Assembly (NCBI GenBank): GCA_964106645.2
Contig: OZ067044.1
Reading direction: 5' to 3' (one strand)
DNA: 64,000 bases
Origin: Podarcis pityusensis
Lineage: Eukaryota
The notes under the pieces were generated by a model, which saw only the letters and a program-made list of their open reading frames with translations, was not told where the DNA came from and searched no databases. A program made the translations under genes and the position numbers. Of the stretch, positions 12,869 to 25,083 are shown piece after piece; positions within the stretch are counted from its first letter, which is position 1; every line of letters starts with the position of its first letter.

Positions 12869-15588
12869 AATGTGCAAGTTTATAAAAGTTTAGAAATTGC
12901 ACCGCAAAGGGGACTTGTAATAAACAGATATTTGTTCCTTTAGTTATAACTTGACATTGTTTTTCTTCTCTTTGTGATTGAAATTGTGTAAGTTGGTGCA
13001 GCTAGATGACCGTTGGATCCTTTCCAACTCTACAATGCTATCATTTTAAATTGATTAAAATTTGGTAAGACTTCCAGTGGCTATGTTGAAATTGCCTTTG
13101 GGACCAGATTTGGCAGGTGGGTTGCCTGTTGGCGATTTCTCAGATAGAGAGTGGCATTCTTGTTATGCAGTTGATAAACTTTTTTATTATAGGAATCCTA
13201 ATAACGTTGGGCATCTATTGCTTATTCACATTGACTTATCTCCCAAGAAAATCTGTAAATCTCAAACAGAGATACAATTACTCAGACCACTCTGTGGTCC
13301 AAAACCTTGTGTCTCAAATGTCATCCTGTGTTGTGGCCAGTTCCCATAGCATTTTTTTTTTCAAAGAACAGAGTGCTCTTTTATTCATTTTATTGTAGCT
13401 GACACCAGGTCTCACTTTTATTTCCACAATTGCTTTTCTTCTCTTAGCGGTATATGCTACTTAGTTGATTTTCTTTTACTTTCTGTGGCCTTCCTGGTCT
13501 TTTCTTCCTTCAGCACTGCTTCAACCATCCTCAACCATCCCCAACCAACTCACCCTCCTTTTGTTTATCGTCACACATCTCAAAAGGTGGGTTTCTCCTC
13601 TGCCTTCAGCTGCCTTTGTCACTGCCTTGTTGGACCTTGATATTCTTCTACAGACTCTGTACATCACTTTATGATGCCATGGAAGGGGACACTCGTCTGA
13701 AACGAGTAGTTGCAACTGGAAACCAATAGGGGAAAATGCTACTAAAATTTCGTATCGTTTATCAAACTGGCTGCTCCTATGAATAAAACAGCTTTTCACT
13801 CTGAGTGTTCAGTAGCACTGTTTCATGTTAAGGAAACTTGCATCCTTTGAGAGCCAAGTCCTTAATAAGAGAGGTCCTAAAACTTGCTTTGGTCATTGAT
13901 GAGAGGAAATTCAGTCTTCAAATCGCCAAATAACTTTGTTTTTGTACTTCTGTTAAAGATTGTCTGCATACTTGAAATAAGAAACGTGCCTGTATAAATG
14001 AAAGTTCTACGTAGCAGTTGGGCCAAGAAACGTCTAAAGAAGGGGGTTGTTTCCCCTCTCTCAAATGTTACCATCAAATACAAAAGAGCAGAAGTGCTTT
14101 CTGAATCACTCTTAGCAGCTGTTGATTCAGATTTAAATGCTTCCGATAATAACCCACACGCCTGAAGTTGTTATCGGGAAATCAGAAATGCTGGAACATA
14201 GGATAAGAGTTTTGGCTTCTGGCTTTGTGAGCACTCGTCAACAATGTTTATAAAGTCCCAAGCTATATGTGACATTAAAAACACTTCTCAATGACAGGTG
14301 TATCTTTAAAAAACTGCAAATAACAGCCCGTGGCCCCGGAAAGAACTGTAGCAGATGATGAAGCAAAGTTTATTCCGTGTCCTGTCCCAACAAATATGGT
14401 TGATAGGCAAGTGCTATTTGCATTAGGAAGGAATGTTGCTTTCTGATTAAAATAGCAGTTCCGGAAGAGCAATTTTTGCTGGAACCGTGCTGGGTGGAAT
14501 GGATCAAACTTCACGTCATCACCTACTGAAGTCTCAGGTGGGGGAGGCAGTAACTATTATTTGCAGTTTTCAAAAGATACACACTAGGTTAAACCATTTC
14601 ATACATTCAAGGGAGTAATCCTATACAAAAGAAGCTGGCGTAAAGCAAGCTGGCGTAAATTAAGCTGGCATAAACTTATAGCAGATCCAAACCCCATTCA
14701 GGAGCCAGACTACTTGCAAGGAGCCAGCATAAAATTGCTCCCAAGTGTATCTTAACTTTTTCTTTTCTAAATTAGGCGTTCATCACAATGGCAGGCTTGC
14801 ACCTGGTCTGATGTTCCAAGTGTCCCTGCTGTTGTAAGATTTGTATAAGAACCACAACAGTGGAGTGTTAGTTTACTGTTGGGAGATCTTCCAGTATCTT
14901 GGACTTATTTCCTCTTTGAAAAGGAATGTGTGGGCAGTCCTGGCCAAAAAATGGCAGTGTGGTGTGCCTCTTTCAAACAGACCAGCCTCCATAACCCCTT
15001 GCCTTGATTGAACCTGGTGTATCTGCCACTAGTATCAGACTGTGAAGAAGAAACAGTAGTCAGAGAATTATAGAACTGTAGAGTTGTAAGGGACTCTGAG
15101 TGTCACCCAGTCCAACCACTGAAGTTAATGTGAGAAGGAGTCTTTGCTTTTTGAATAGGTAGCTGTAACTTCTATTTCATATTACTCTTGCATTCTGCAT
15201 TTAGATTTTGTTGCCCCAAACTGTTCTCAAAATAGTCTCATATTTTTCTTGCAGAAATCTAATTTCTGGAACGCCACATTATCGCCTACTATGTAATTAA
15301 AAATAATTAAGTCTTTGAAATTACATATTTTCACTCTCAAAAATAAGGGCCCCCATCACACCTTTGTGATTGTCTTCCGCATCTGCTTTTGGTGGCAAAA
15401 TGTCAGTTTCAAAAGGTTATTTTAAAAAGCTATTTAATGAATGGGTGTAATATTTTTATCCAGATTTTCAGTTTGTAATCTGTTAGTGCAGGAACTCTCC
15501 CTACTTTTTTTATGTACACTTTGGACTGTTTCTTGAGTTACCTGTTAGGAAAAATAAAAAGAAAACCAAAGAAAAAATGCTTTTGAGT

Positions 15589-15627
<39 letters not shown>

Positions 15628-16491
15628 TTATTACTTATACCCCGCCCATCTGGCTGGGCTTCCCCAGCCACTCTGGGCGGCTTCCCAAAAAAATATTAAA
15701 ATACTGTAATACATCAAACATTAAAAGCTTCCCTAAACAGGGCTGCCTTCAAATGTCTTCTAAAAGTCTAGTAGTTGTTTTTCTCTTTGACATCTGGTGG
15801 GAGGGCGTTCCACAGGGAGGGCGACACTACCAAGAAGGCCCTCTGCCTGGTTCCCTGTAACTTCGCTTCTCGCAGTGAGGGAACCGCCAGAAGGCCCTTG
15901 GAGCTGGACCTCAGTGTCCGGGCAGAACGATGGGGGTGGAGATGCTCCTTCAGATACACTGGAGCAAGGCCGTTTAGGGCTTTAAAGGTCAGCACCAACA
16001 CTTTGAATTGTGCTCGGAAACGTACTGGGAGCCAATGGAGGTCTTTCAAGACCGGTGTTATGTGGTCTCGGCAGCTGCTCCCAGTCACCAGTCTAGCTGC
16101 CGCGTTCTGGATTAGTTGTAGTTTCCGGGTCACCTTCAAAGGTAGCCCCACGTAGAGCGCATTGCAGTAGTCCAAGCGGGAGATAACCAGAGCATGCACC
16201 ACTCTGGCGAGGCAGTCCACAGGAAGATAGGGTCTCAGCCTGCGTACCAGATGGAGCTAGTAAACAGCTGCCCTGGACACAGATTTGACCTGTGCCTCCA
16301 TGGAGAAGTGCGAGTCCAAAATGACTCCCAGGCTGTGCACCTGGTCCTTCAGGGACACAGTTACCCCCTTCAGGACCAGGGAATCCTCCACACCTGCCCG
16401 CCTCCTGTTCCCCAAAAACAGTACTTCTGTCTTGTCAGGATTCAACCTCAATCTGTTAGCTGCCATCCAACCTCCAACTGCCTCCAGGCAC
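15589..16491 (-). mobile_element. L2-clade LINE, 5'-truncated, with (TTG)n tail
   Basis: ORF2 end: RLNPDKTEVL, SRLDYCNALYVGLP, LQLIQNAAARLV, HITPVLKDLHWLPV. Confidence 0.92.
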
Positions 16492-16554
16492 TTGAATTGT
16501 TGACGCTGGGGGTGCTTGGGAGACCCTTAATGAAATTTACACACCTGACTCCCA

Positions 16555-16559
<5 letters not shown>

Positions 16560-16589
<30 letters not shown>
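16560..16589. repeat. (CA)n microsatellite
   Basis: Direct reading. Confidence 0.95.
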
Positions 16590-16592
<3 letters not shown>

Positions 16593-18019
16593 TGCTTTTC
16601 CACATATTGTTGAGTGCAGCTGAGACAAGATGACTGTGTTAACAATAAAAATATCTCAGAAGTAAGTCCTCTTAGGTATAGTGGGATTTGATTCTTGTGT
16701 AAGAGTGCAAGGATGGCAGGCCTAATGATGAAAAAACATTGGAAGAAGTGATGGCAACTGCTTCTTGCATGCATTTACTGTCTGCTGCAAATTCTTCTTT
16801 TGTGTGAAAGGAGAAAGTTCTAATAGTGGCTTCTCATAGAAAGTTTTAAGAGCAGCCAAATTAGTCAAATACCATGTGCTTACCTCTCCGTGAAATACCA
16901 CATTTCTTTCCAGATTTCTAGTTGTGGAATTACTGGTAGAGTGTGTTCTTGGAAATAATTACTGGGGTTTTTTTTACACTTGGTCCTTAAAATATATAAA
17001 ATAAAAGGTCAGTTTATTAGACTGCATGTAGTCTCCTCAGTCTAACCTTGACCAAGAACTACTTGTGTACCACCAGCGATCTATAAATATGAAGACATGG
17101 CAAATGATATACTTCTGGTCTCCTCATTCTATTTTTTTTTCAAAAAAGGTACACATCTGTGTTTCTTTGTGAGCCTGCTGTTCATGCAGATGTGTTCACT
17201 CACCTAGAAAATGTTTAACTGCCAGGTTTCTTTGTGTAGGTGTCTCCTTGTGGATAACTTGTACTGTCTCAGTTTTTTGCACTGTTGAAGAAATGGCCCA
17301 GTGATTTTGGGGATTAGTTTGGCTTGTTTGATTTAAATGGCAGTCCTATAACTTGTATCCAAGGGTTGTTGAGTAAAGTCTAAAGAGTTGGCCTGGATTT
17401 TCCCCGAGCATCTTCCCTTTTCTCTTTCCCCCTACCCCCAACTCTTTGGCCATTACTCAATAATCCTTGGATGGTTCCTCTGTAAACTTGAGTATTTTTT
17501 TAATGAACTGCTGTTGTCATTTCCTATTATTTAACAGGAAGCTTCTACCTGACAGGTTTAGCAATGATAATTTTTAAAAGGATACAAGTTATAGGACTGT
17601 CATTTAAATCAAACATGCCAAACTAACCTAATAACAAATGATGGAATGCTTATTGAAATAGGGCATGCAGCCTTAACAGCTGGTTCCCACCTGGTCTTTT
17701 ACAAGGTTCATTTGCTTGCCTGACACCTGTTCAGATGGATGCCTCTTGCTAACGCCTTTGATCGTACTACTGCCAGTGACTGTGAGCCAAGATGCTGCTG
17801 ATCCCCTTCTGATCCTTCCCTCTGAAGTGTCACCTCGAATTTGGTGGGGGAGCATTGATGAATGGATTGTGTCACTTTTTGTGATCAGAATAAATTTTCC
17901 ATTTCCAGCATCCAGACTTTTTGTTTTTTTATTGAAAAATTCAGGACCTTTTTTTGATTTAAGGAATGTTGAGTGTTTGTATCTGAGAGCACATGGGTTG
18001 GGTTGTTTAGCCTGGAGGT

Positions 18020-18140
18020 GAGAAGCCTGTGGCCTTCAGATGTTGCTGGACTGCTACCTACCATCAGCATTTCCAGTGGTCAGGGATGATGGAAGGAATT
18101 GTTGGACGACATCTAGAGCCCCATGGGTTTCTCATCTCTG
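18020..18140. mobile_element. Degenerate palindromic MITE
   Basis: CAGATGTTGCTGGACT...CAGGGATGATGG...ACATCT family core. Confidence 0.55.
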
Positions 18141-18169
18141 GTTTAGCCTTGCATCAGCTGATTACGTAG

Positions 18170-18475
18170 TTAAAGAGGAGACCCAGAGGAGATATGATAC
18201 CCATTGAATATCTCAAGGACTGTCACATGGAAGATGGAGCAAGCTCCTGCTCTGGAGACTAGTACCTGAACCAATGGATTCAAGTTACAAGAAAGGAGAT
18301 TCCGACTAAACACCAGAAAGAAGTTTCTGACAGAAAGAGCTGTTCAGTAGTAGAACCATCTCCCTTGGGAGGTGATAGACTCTCCTTCATTGAAGGTTTT
18401 TAAAACAGAGTTTAGGTGGCCATCTCTCACCCATGATCTAGTTGAGAATCCTGCATTACAAGGGATAGGACTGTT
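18170..18475 (+). mobile_element. CR1 LINE 3' end (older)
   Basis: CAAGAAAGGAGATTCCGACTAAAC...TCTCCTTCATTGAAGGTTTTTAA typical of CR1 3' sequence. Confidence 0.8.
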
Positions 18476-19700
18476 GGGATTTCATTCCTGCCATTGCAGG
18501 ATGTGTGATTGTTTTCATCTCATGTCTGTGTTGACATTCCATACTGTTGGAGTCACGAGAAGGGAAGTTCAGTTACACTTTTCCGTTATGTTGCACTTTT
18601 GCTTTTCTGCTCTCTCAGAGATGAAGGAGAGGGGAGCTATGATTTCTTTTGTTCTGTTTTGTACATAATAACGTAGCTTAGAAATCCACACCTCCAATGC
18701 CTAGCTTCTGCTTGGACTCTGCTTATGTATTGCATGCATATATCTTCGGATATATGTCGCAGAAGCGCATTGGGAAAGAAGAGTGATGAATCATCCCGAG
18801 GGTCACTTGTGGAGGAGAACGCAGCTGCCTGGCATTTTCCAAGTTGGTGCAGAAGCCCAGCGAGGTCCAGCTCCATGTACCCAGGCACCAACAAGGACTA
18901 GATAACTCTCAGGGTCCCTTCCAACGCTTGTGCTTTATGAAATAATAGAGTTTTTTTCCAATGGTGCATGGAATTTAACTGAAAGATTTGACTGGGGGGA
19001 GGGAATGCAATTTTTTTTTTGCACACTTAATGATGGTTTTATTTTAGGGATGGGGAACCTTTTTGGGTTTGTGGGCCAAGTCCTAATCAGGATCAGCCTC
19101 ATGGGCCAAATTTGACAGGTGAAGCTGCTGGCAACCACACGGTTGTTAGGTGAGCAGAGCTTCACACCTGTTAAAATCCCTCCCACAGCTTTGCAAGTGG
19201 TCCTTGCTTCCTTCTTGTTTCTCGGTTCCTACTTGTTCATTCACTCCCAGACTTCCCTTTACAGAGGTGAATCTTAGGATAATCAGCGAGAGCTGGAATT
19301 CAAGATTCTGCCAGGGGTTTTGGCCCCATCTTGCTTTCTACTGGAGAAAGCTTTAAAACCTGTTTCCTAACGTTTCAACAGAAGCTTGTCAGCTGTATTG
19401 GAGGTGCCGAATCCTCTTTTAAAAAACAAAATCCCACTTTTGCTTACATAAATATTTTGAGTGAGATCCTTTCTGCATAACTTAAACGTTAGTCTTTGAG
19501 CGCTTAACTGCTGTGCTTTCTCAACATATGGCAGCTGTGTTATCAAGGGTGATGGATTGCAGTGCTGTCATAATTGGTACCATGAAATGGTTCAAAGGAG
19601 ATACGGAAATGTGGTGGTGTTTTGTTACGTTTTTAAAAATTAACTTTTCTTTTTCTTTTCAAAGGTGGCTTCCTTGCTCCAGATGCACAGTAAGTAGTCT

Positions 19701-19765
19701 GTAGCTGTAAACATCCCCGACTGGAAGCTGTAAGCTTTAGCTTTCAGTCAGATGTTTGCTGCCAC
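19701..19765 (+). ncRNA. MIR30D: pre-miR-30d hairpin (5p 19706-19727, 3p 19741-19762)
   Basis: TGTAAACATCCCCGACTGGAAG and CTTTCAGTCAGATGTTTGCTGC match the vertebrate miR-30d arms and pair as a hairpin; CNNC (CAAC 19780-19783) downstream; upstream of ZFAT on the same strand as in other vertebrates. Confidence 0.97.
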
Positions 19766-20056
19766 CGGCTATTCATAAACAACGGTGGAAGAAAAAGATC
19801 CATTATAACGATACATTATTTTAAGCTGACAGGCATGGAGGGGTTGTCTTAACACTTTTTAAATAGATGCCAGGGATTTGAACATGGGGTCTTCTGTATT
19901 CAAAGCATGCGTTCTTGCCCATTTCCCCCCTCCCTCATTTTTCCTAAACCTTCTTTGCATTCTCTGCCTTACAACCTGCCCTTTTGCACAAACACACGTA
20001 TACAAAGGGGTGCAGTATACATATTATTTAGTAATATTTTATCTATCCATTTTAAT

Positions 20057-20809
20057 GGGACGCGGGTGGCGCTGTGGTCTAAACCACAGAGCCTAGGGCT
20101 TGCCGATCAGAAGGTTGGTGGTTCGAATCCCCGCGAAGGGGTGAGCTCCCGTTGTTCGGTCCCTGCTCCTGCCAACCTAGCAGTTTGACAGCACGTCAAA
20201 GTGCAAGTAGATAAATACCGTATTTTTCGCCCTATAGGACATACTATTTCCCCTCCAAAAATGAAGGGGAAATGTGTGTGCGTCCTATGGGGCGAATGCA
20301 GGCTTTCGCTGAAGCCTGGAGAGCGAGAGGGGTCGGTGCGCACCAACCCCTCTCGCTCTCCAGGCTTCAGGAGAGCCCCACCGCCAGACCCACAAGCTGG
20401 GGGACAGCGGGGAGGCGGAACGCCGCAATCCCGCTGTCCCCCGACTTTGTTAGAAGGCTGGCGGGGGGGGGGGGAGAAGCCTGCTCCTCCCCATCGCCAG
20501 CCCCACAAGCTGGGGGACAGCGGGCAGGCGGAACGCCGCCATCCCACTGTCCCCCGACTTGGTTAGAAGGCTGGCGGGGGGGAGAAGCCTGCTCCTCCCC
20601 GTCGCCAGCCCCGCAAACTCGGGGGACAGCGGGAGAGGCGCAGCACGCCATCCCGCTGTCTCCCGACCTGGTTTGGAGGCTGGCGGAGAGCTTCCCCTTC
20701 CCCCAGCCCTGCAAGCTCCCAGAGCGATGCCGAAGCTGCACGCCGCTTCGGCATGGCTCTGGGTCCTGTTCTGGGGGCTGGGGTCAGGGGTCCTTTACCT
20801 TTACCTTAT
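20057..20809 (+). mobile_element. Chimeric Sauria SINE containing a truncated Tc2/pogo-like DNA transposon
   Basis: SINE head 20057-20217, then CCGTATTTTTCGCCCTATAGGAC terminus at a TA, GC-rich repeats, then SINE tail from ~20782; 13-bp TSD TATCCATTTTAAT. Confidence 0.85.
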
Positions 20810-22005
20810 TATCCATTTTAATCATTTACCGGTATATACTGCCCTGCATCCTATCAGAAGCCTCTTAGAATATTTGTTATCCTTCTGTTTGCTTAATGTT
20901 TGTGAAGCCTCTGGAAGTTAAGCTTGGAACTGAGTAATAAAATCTGACGTTAACCATCTAAAAAGGCAGGAATACAAGGGACAAGAAATGCAGGATGCTC
21001 AGGAAGCACCCTGTTTTGCACGACATCCTTGTGATGTCATATGTGACATCCATGTATATGTGCTTGAGCAGGCTATCCCCCACCTAAATGCCAAAAATGC
21101 ACTGAAAGGACAGACTGTGGCTTTCTGCCATTACGGGCTCCTTTTTAGATTACATCATTTATATTTATTCCTCCACTATGTATAGCAGGCCAGCAACTAG
21201 GATTTATAATAACCAACAAAAATGCTTTGCTCTTGTTTGTCAGAAGTAAAGCCGCTCGAGTGTCAATCAGCAGTTTTTAAAATAGTTGATTGTTTCTTAC
21301 TGGTATTCACAATAAACCTTTAGACATGATTGTAAGTTGTGATGATAGGGAGAGGGTATACTTTATTGCTACAAACAAGAATTCTTCAGTGTTCTCGCTT
21401 TCAGATGTCTAAATATCCATATGATGCTTACCTTTCAGATACTCTTCTTAGAACAGTTCTAAAAATATGTTTCATTCTTTGCATTTCATTCTTGAAGTGG
21501 ATTTATTTACTCTCACATATGCTCTTACCAGCTGAAGTGGCCATATTGTTATCCTGTTTTGTTTTTTCTTTATTTTCACCTCCTTCGTGGCAGCACTAGA
21601 GTGTTAATCTTGCCATTCCATTTGCTCTCCGGCTCAGATCATTTCGAAACCTCCTTTGTGAATTGGAGTGTCACCTGAGCCAATTGAGTACTGGTGTTAA
21701 TAATGGCTGCAATTCTAAAACTGGAGCTGTTTTGAGTCTGCAAAATCAGACACTGCGCTTGTGCTACGTACAACCACGAGCTGTTGACACACCTGTTGTC
21801 TCAACGGAGTGAGGACTGCAGGAACATGATGCACTAAGCTTGCTGAAAGACACAAGCTCCTTCTCTGCTCCATTGCATAGATGGGATGTCTCTCTACTTG
21901 AGGTTGCTGGAGGAAGGCACGGTAGTATATGTAGAAAAGATTATCTGCCCAGTCAAGTGGCATTTACACACCTTATTTGTATAATAACCAGTTGATGGGC
22001 TAGGT

Positions 22006-22136
22006 CAGGTTTTCCCAAACTCAAGTCTCCAGCTGTTTTTGGAATATAACTCCCAGCATCCCTAGCTAGCAGGACCAATGGTCAAGGATGATGGGAACTG
22101 TAGACCCAACTGGAGACCCAAGTTTGGGGAACCCTG
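22006..22136. mobile_element. Palindromic hAT-type MITE
   Basis: TIR CAGGTTTTCCCAAACT / AGTTTGGGGAACCCTG, 8-bp TSD GGCTAGGT/GGCTAGAT. Confidence 0.85.
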
Positions 22137-22480
22137 GGCTAGATAATACTTTTTTTAATATATATGAAGAAACAGGTTTCTAATACAGTTAGCTTTCCTG
22201 GAAGGTTGCTGAAGGTCACTTTCCCCAGCCTCCTACATGCATGCAGGCTCCACAAATCCCAAACAAAAACATGGTTCATTCAGATAGTTTCTCAGTAAGG
22301 CTCTAAGGGCCATTGTTCCCAGGGCAGGCCTAAAAGGAAAATCCAGATGACTGAAGCAAGTGAAATGAGCCATGTGTTACTGGAGAAGGCTTTAAAAAAA
22401 GAAGACAAAACAATTGCTGATCATTCTTTAGATGGGGTATTCCTTATCAGCTTGAAATATGAACATTAGCTAGGCAGTTG

Positions 22481-22481
22481 A

Positions 22482-22520
<39 letters not shown>
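22481..22520. repeat. (AAT)n microsatellite
   Basis: Direct reading. Confidence 0.95.
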
Positions 22521-22521
<1 letters not shown>

Positions 22522-22524
22522 TGA

Positions 22525-23066
22525 TCCAGTAGCACCTTAAAGGGTAAAGGGACCCCTGACCATTAGGTCCAGTCGTGGCCGACTCTGGGGTTGCGGCGCT
22601 CATCTTGCTTTATTGGCCGAGGGAGCCGACGTACAGCTTCTGGGTCATGTGGCCAGCATGACTAAGCCGCTTCTGGCAAACCAGAGCAGTGCATGGAAAC
22701 TGTTTACCTTCCCGCTGGAGCGGTTCCTATTTATCTACTTGCACTTCGATGAGCTTTCGAACTGCTAGGTTGGCAGGAGCAGGGACTGAGCAACGGGAGC
22801 TCACCCCGTCACGGGGATTCGAACCGCCGACCTTCTGATCAGCAAGTCCTAGGCTCTGTGGTTTAACCCACAGCACCACCCGCGTCCCTATAGTAGCACC
22901 TTAGAGACCAACTAAATTTGTTCTGGGTATAAGCTTTTGTGTGCATGCACACTTCTACCCAGAACAAACTTACCGTAGTTGGCCTCTAATGTGCTACTTG
23001 ACAGTTTTTAATTCTTTTTATTTATTTCGACTGCGTCAGACCAACACGGCTACCTACCTGAATCTA
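22525..23066. mobile_element. Penelope-like terminal-repeat fragment A with inverted arm, interrupted by a Sauria SINE
   Basis: Same family as 23187-23381 and 32001-32136; partial hammerhead stem GTGTGCATGCACAC at ~22939-22952; long arm 22956-23066 in opposite orientation to copy B. Confidence 0.75.
22540..22888 (-). mobile_element. Sauria SINE inserted in Penelope-like fragment
   Basis: Full-length reverse copy; 12-bp TSD AGTAGCACCTTA (22528-22539, 22892-22903). Confidence 0.92.
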
Positions 23067-23186
23067 TGAACTATGCAGAAATTGATGGCAAGACCAATAT
23101 ACCAAGCTCCTCACCCACCAATGAGTTTTCTTAGCTTACTTAAAGGTGCTTGTGTGCACACATGAAAGCAAACACAATGCCTTTGT

Positions 23187-23381
23187 AGATTCAGGTAGGT
23201 AGCTGTGTTGGTCTGACACAGTCTAAATAAAAAAATAAAATAAAAATTGTCCAGTAGCACCTTAGAGACCAACTAAGTTAGTTCTGGGTATAAGCTTTCG
23301 TGTGCATGCACACTTCTTCAGATGTATACCTAGAACTAACTTAGTTGGTCTCTGAAGTGCTACTGGACAATTTTTTTATTT
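23187..23381 (-). mobile_element. Penelope-like terminal-repeat fragment B with inverted arm and hammerhead motif
   Basis: 13-bp TSD ACAATGCCTTTGT (23174-23186, 23382-23394); 23242-23292 inverted at ~23325-23375; hammerhead core in the loop. Confidence 0.8.
23286..23326 (-). ncRNA. Minimal type I hammerhead ribozyme motif (Penelope-associated)
   Basis: - strand CTGAAGA-A-GTGTGCATGCACAC-GAAA-GC-TT-ATACC: CUGANGA and GAAA boxes, palindromic stem II, palindromic AGCT stem III, CUU cleavage triplet; stem I weak in this copy. Confidence 0.7.
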
Positions 23382-23882
23382 ACAATGCCTTTGTGATAAC
23401 CCTTGTGTCATAAGCTGGTTGGGATCCTATGAAGTATGCAAACGGTTCTGTGTCTAAGGGGCTTTGAAACTTGCTCTTATGAACACAGGATCACTGACTC
23501 AAATGGCAAACAAAATTGAGGGGACTTTTAAAAAGCAATTTGTAGTATGGCAGAGGAATGCACTGTTTAGAGATATGAAAGTAAAGTGCTACTGAGATTA
23601 CTCAAACTCTTGGATGAATCTCAAGTCGCTATTTGGATCCCTGCTGCAATGTGCAAGCAATTAATCTTTTAATTTTCACCTCAGCTATGCTTTAAATTCA
23701 AATTTCTGGGAGATCGTAGGGGAATGTCAATAAGATATATTACTTGCATCATGATGGAATAGTGTGACCACTGTCTGCTTGCTTTTATTGCCTCTTGTGG
23801 TTTTTATTCCCTTATTTTTAAATCTTTGCTTGTTCTTTGAACAATAAAAACTTAACATGCTGTCAACAGAAAAAGGAAAGGT

Positions 23883-23885
<3 letters not shown>

Positions 23886-23916
<31 letters not shown>
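23886..23916. repeat. (CA)n microsatellite
   Basis: Direct reading. Confidence 0.95.
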
Positions 23917-23919
<3 letters not shown>

Positions 23920-24125
23920 TACAGACATGTTCAAAAGCAATGTGTCCTAGTTGAGATTTTAACTCCCTTAAAACGAAAGTTATGGCTTCAGCAAGGGGGA
24001 TTTAAGGCTGGAAAATAATGTTGATTCTCTCCATTGCATTCTGTGTACCTGGTATCTTGAAATATTGAAGTATGGACTCCTTTGAAGTGCATCAGTGTTG
24101 TGTTCACATTGTTATCCCTGATTCT

Positions 24126-24198
24126 TAGTTCATGTAAACATCCTACACTCAGCTCTAACAGACGGAACGGCTGAGAGGTGGGTGTTTACTTCAACTGA
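24126..24198 (+). ncRNA. MIR30B: pre-miR-30b hairpin (5p 24133-24154, 3p 24171-24192)
   Basis: TGTAAACATCCTACACTCAGCT is mature miR-30b-5p; complementary arm CTGAGAGGTGGGTGTTTACTTC; CNNC (CTGC 24209-24212); clustered 4.4 kb from miR-30d. Confidence 0.97.
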
Positions 24199-24905
24199 TT
24201 TGGAAAATCTGCCTTCCTGAATAATCAAGCCATGAAACTGGATAGACTGCGGGAGAGGGCAACCGTCAACTGTGCTGATTCCCACCTCATTTGAATAAAT
24301 GCAACCTCCAATTATCTGTGAAAGTGGTAATCCATAAAATAGTTTGTCTTCGGTTTTGTGTAATACTGTGTGTGTATTTGCCCTTTTGTGGCAGTGGTTT
24401 GCTTCAAGATCTACGCTGAAGGCCTATTTTCAAAATTTCCCTTTCATCTGCTGTAAACCAATTCCAAATAGTTTACTATAAGGAGTGATGCATGCAGTCT
24501 GACACAAGGCAGAGTGGAGGTTGGTCTTAAACACAATAGTCAATGTATGTGGAATGCCATATCTGTGCAAAATATCTTGCATTTTCAATGTGACCTTGAT
24601 ATAGTTCCGGTTCATGTCCTTGGTGTGCCTGTCTATTCTCTCCAAAGATGGAAAAAATAGTCCATATTGTAGGGAATGCTCAAGCAGGAACTAAAACAAG
24701 TCCAAACGGACACTTTGGTTAGCTAATATAATTGAAGTGTTGCTTGCCACTATGATGCTGTATTGCAAGTGACAAGTAGCTCATTTTAAAAGCATCTTAA
24801 GTAGCGTGGAATCTCTTTATTAAAATGTAAGTTTCTACCTGAAATCTACAAACCATTTGTGCTGAGATAGACTGCAGTGAGCACTGGTTAGCTGAAAGCT
24901 GAGGT

Positions 24906-25083
24906 CATAGATGTCAACCTTCCCTTTTTTTGTGGGAAATTCCCTTATTCCAGCGCCATTTCCCGCTGCTATCCCGGATTGTTAGATATCCTGTAGACTG
25001 TCCCCGGGACAGGTGAGGCTGCTGATCCCTTATTTTTGAGGCTGTTGATCCCTTACTTTCAAATCTGAAAGTTGACAGCTATG
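24906..25083. mobile_element. hAT-type MITE
   Basis: TIR CATAGATGTCAAC / GTTGACAGCTATG, perfect 8-bp TSD GCTGAGGT. Confidence 0.9.

Noticed and set aside
20107-20921. Overlapping Pro/Gly-rich ORFs
   Set aside because: By-product of GC-rich repeats lacking stop codons inside a transposon fragment.
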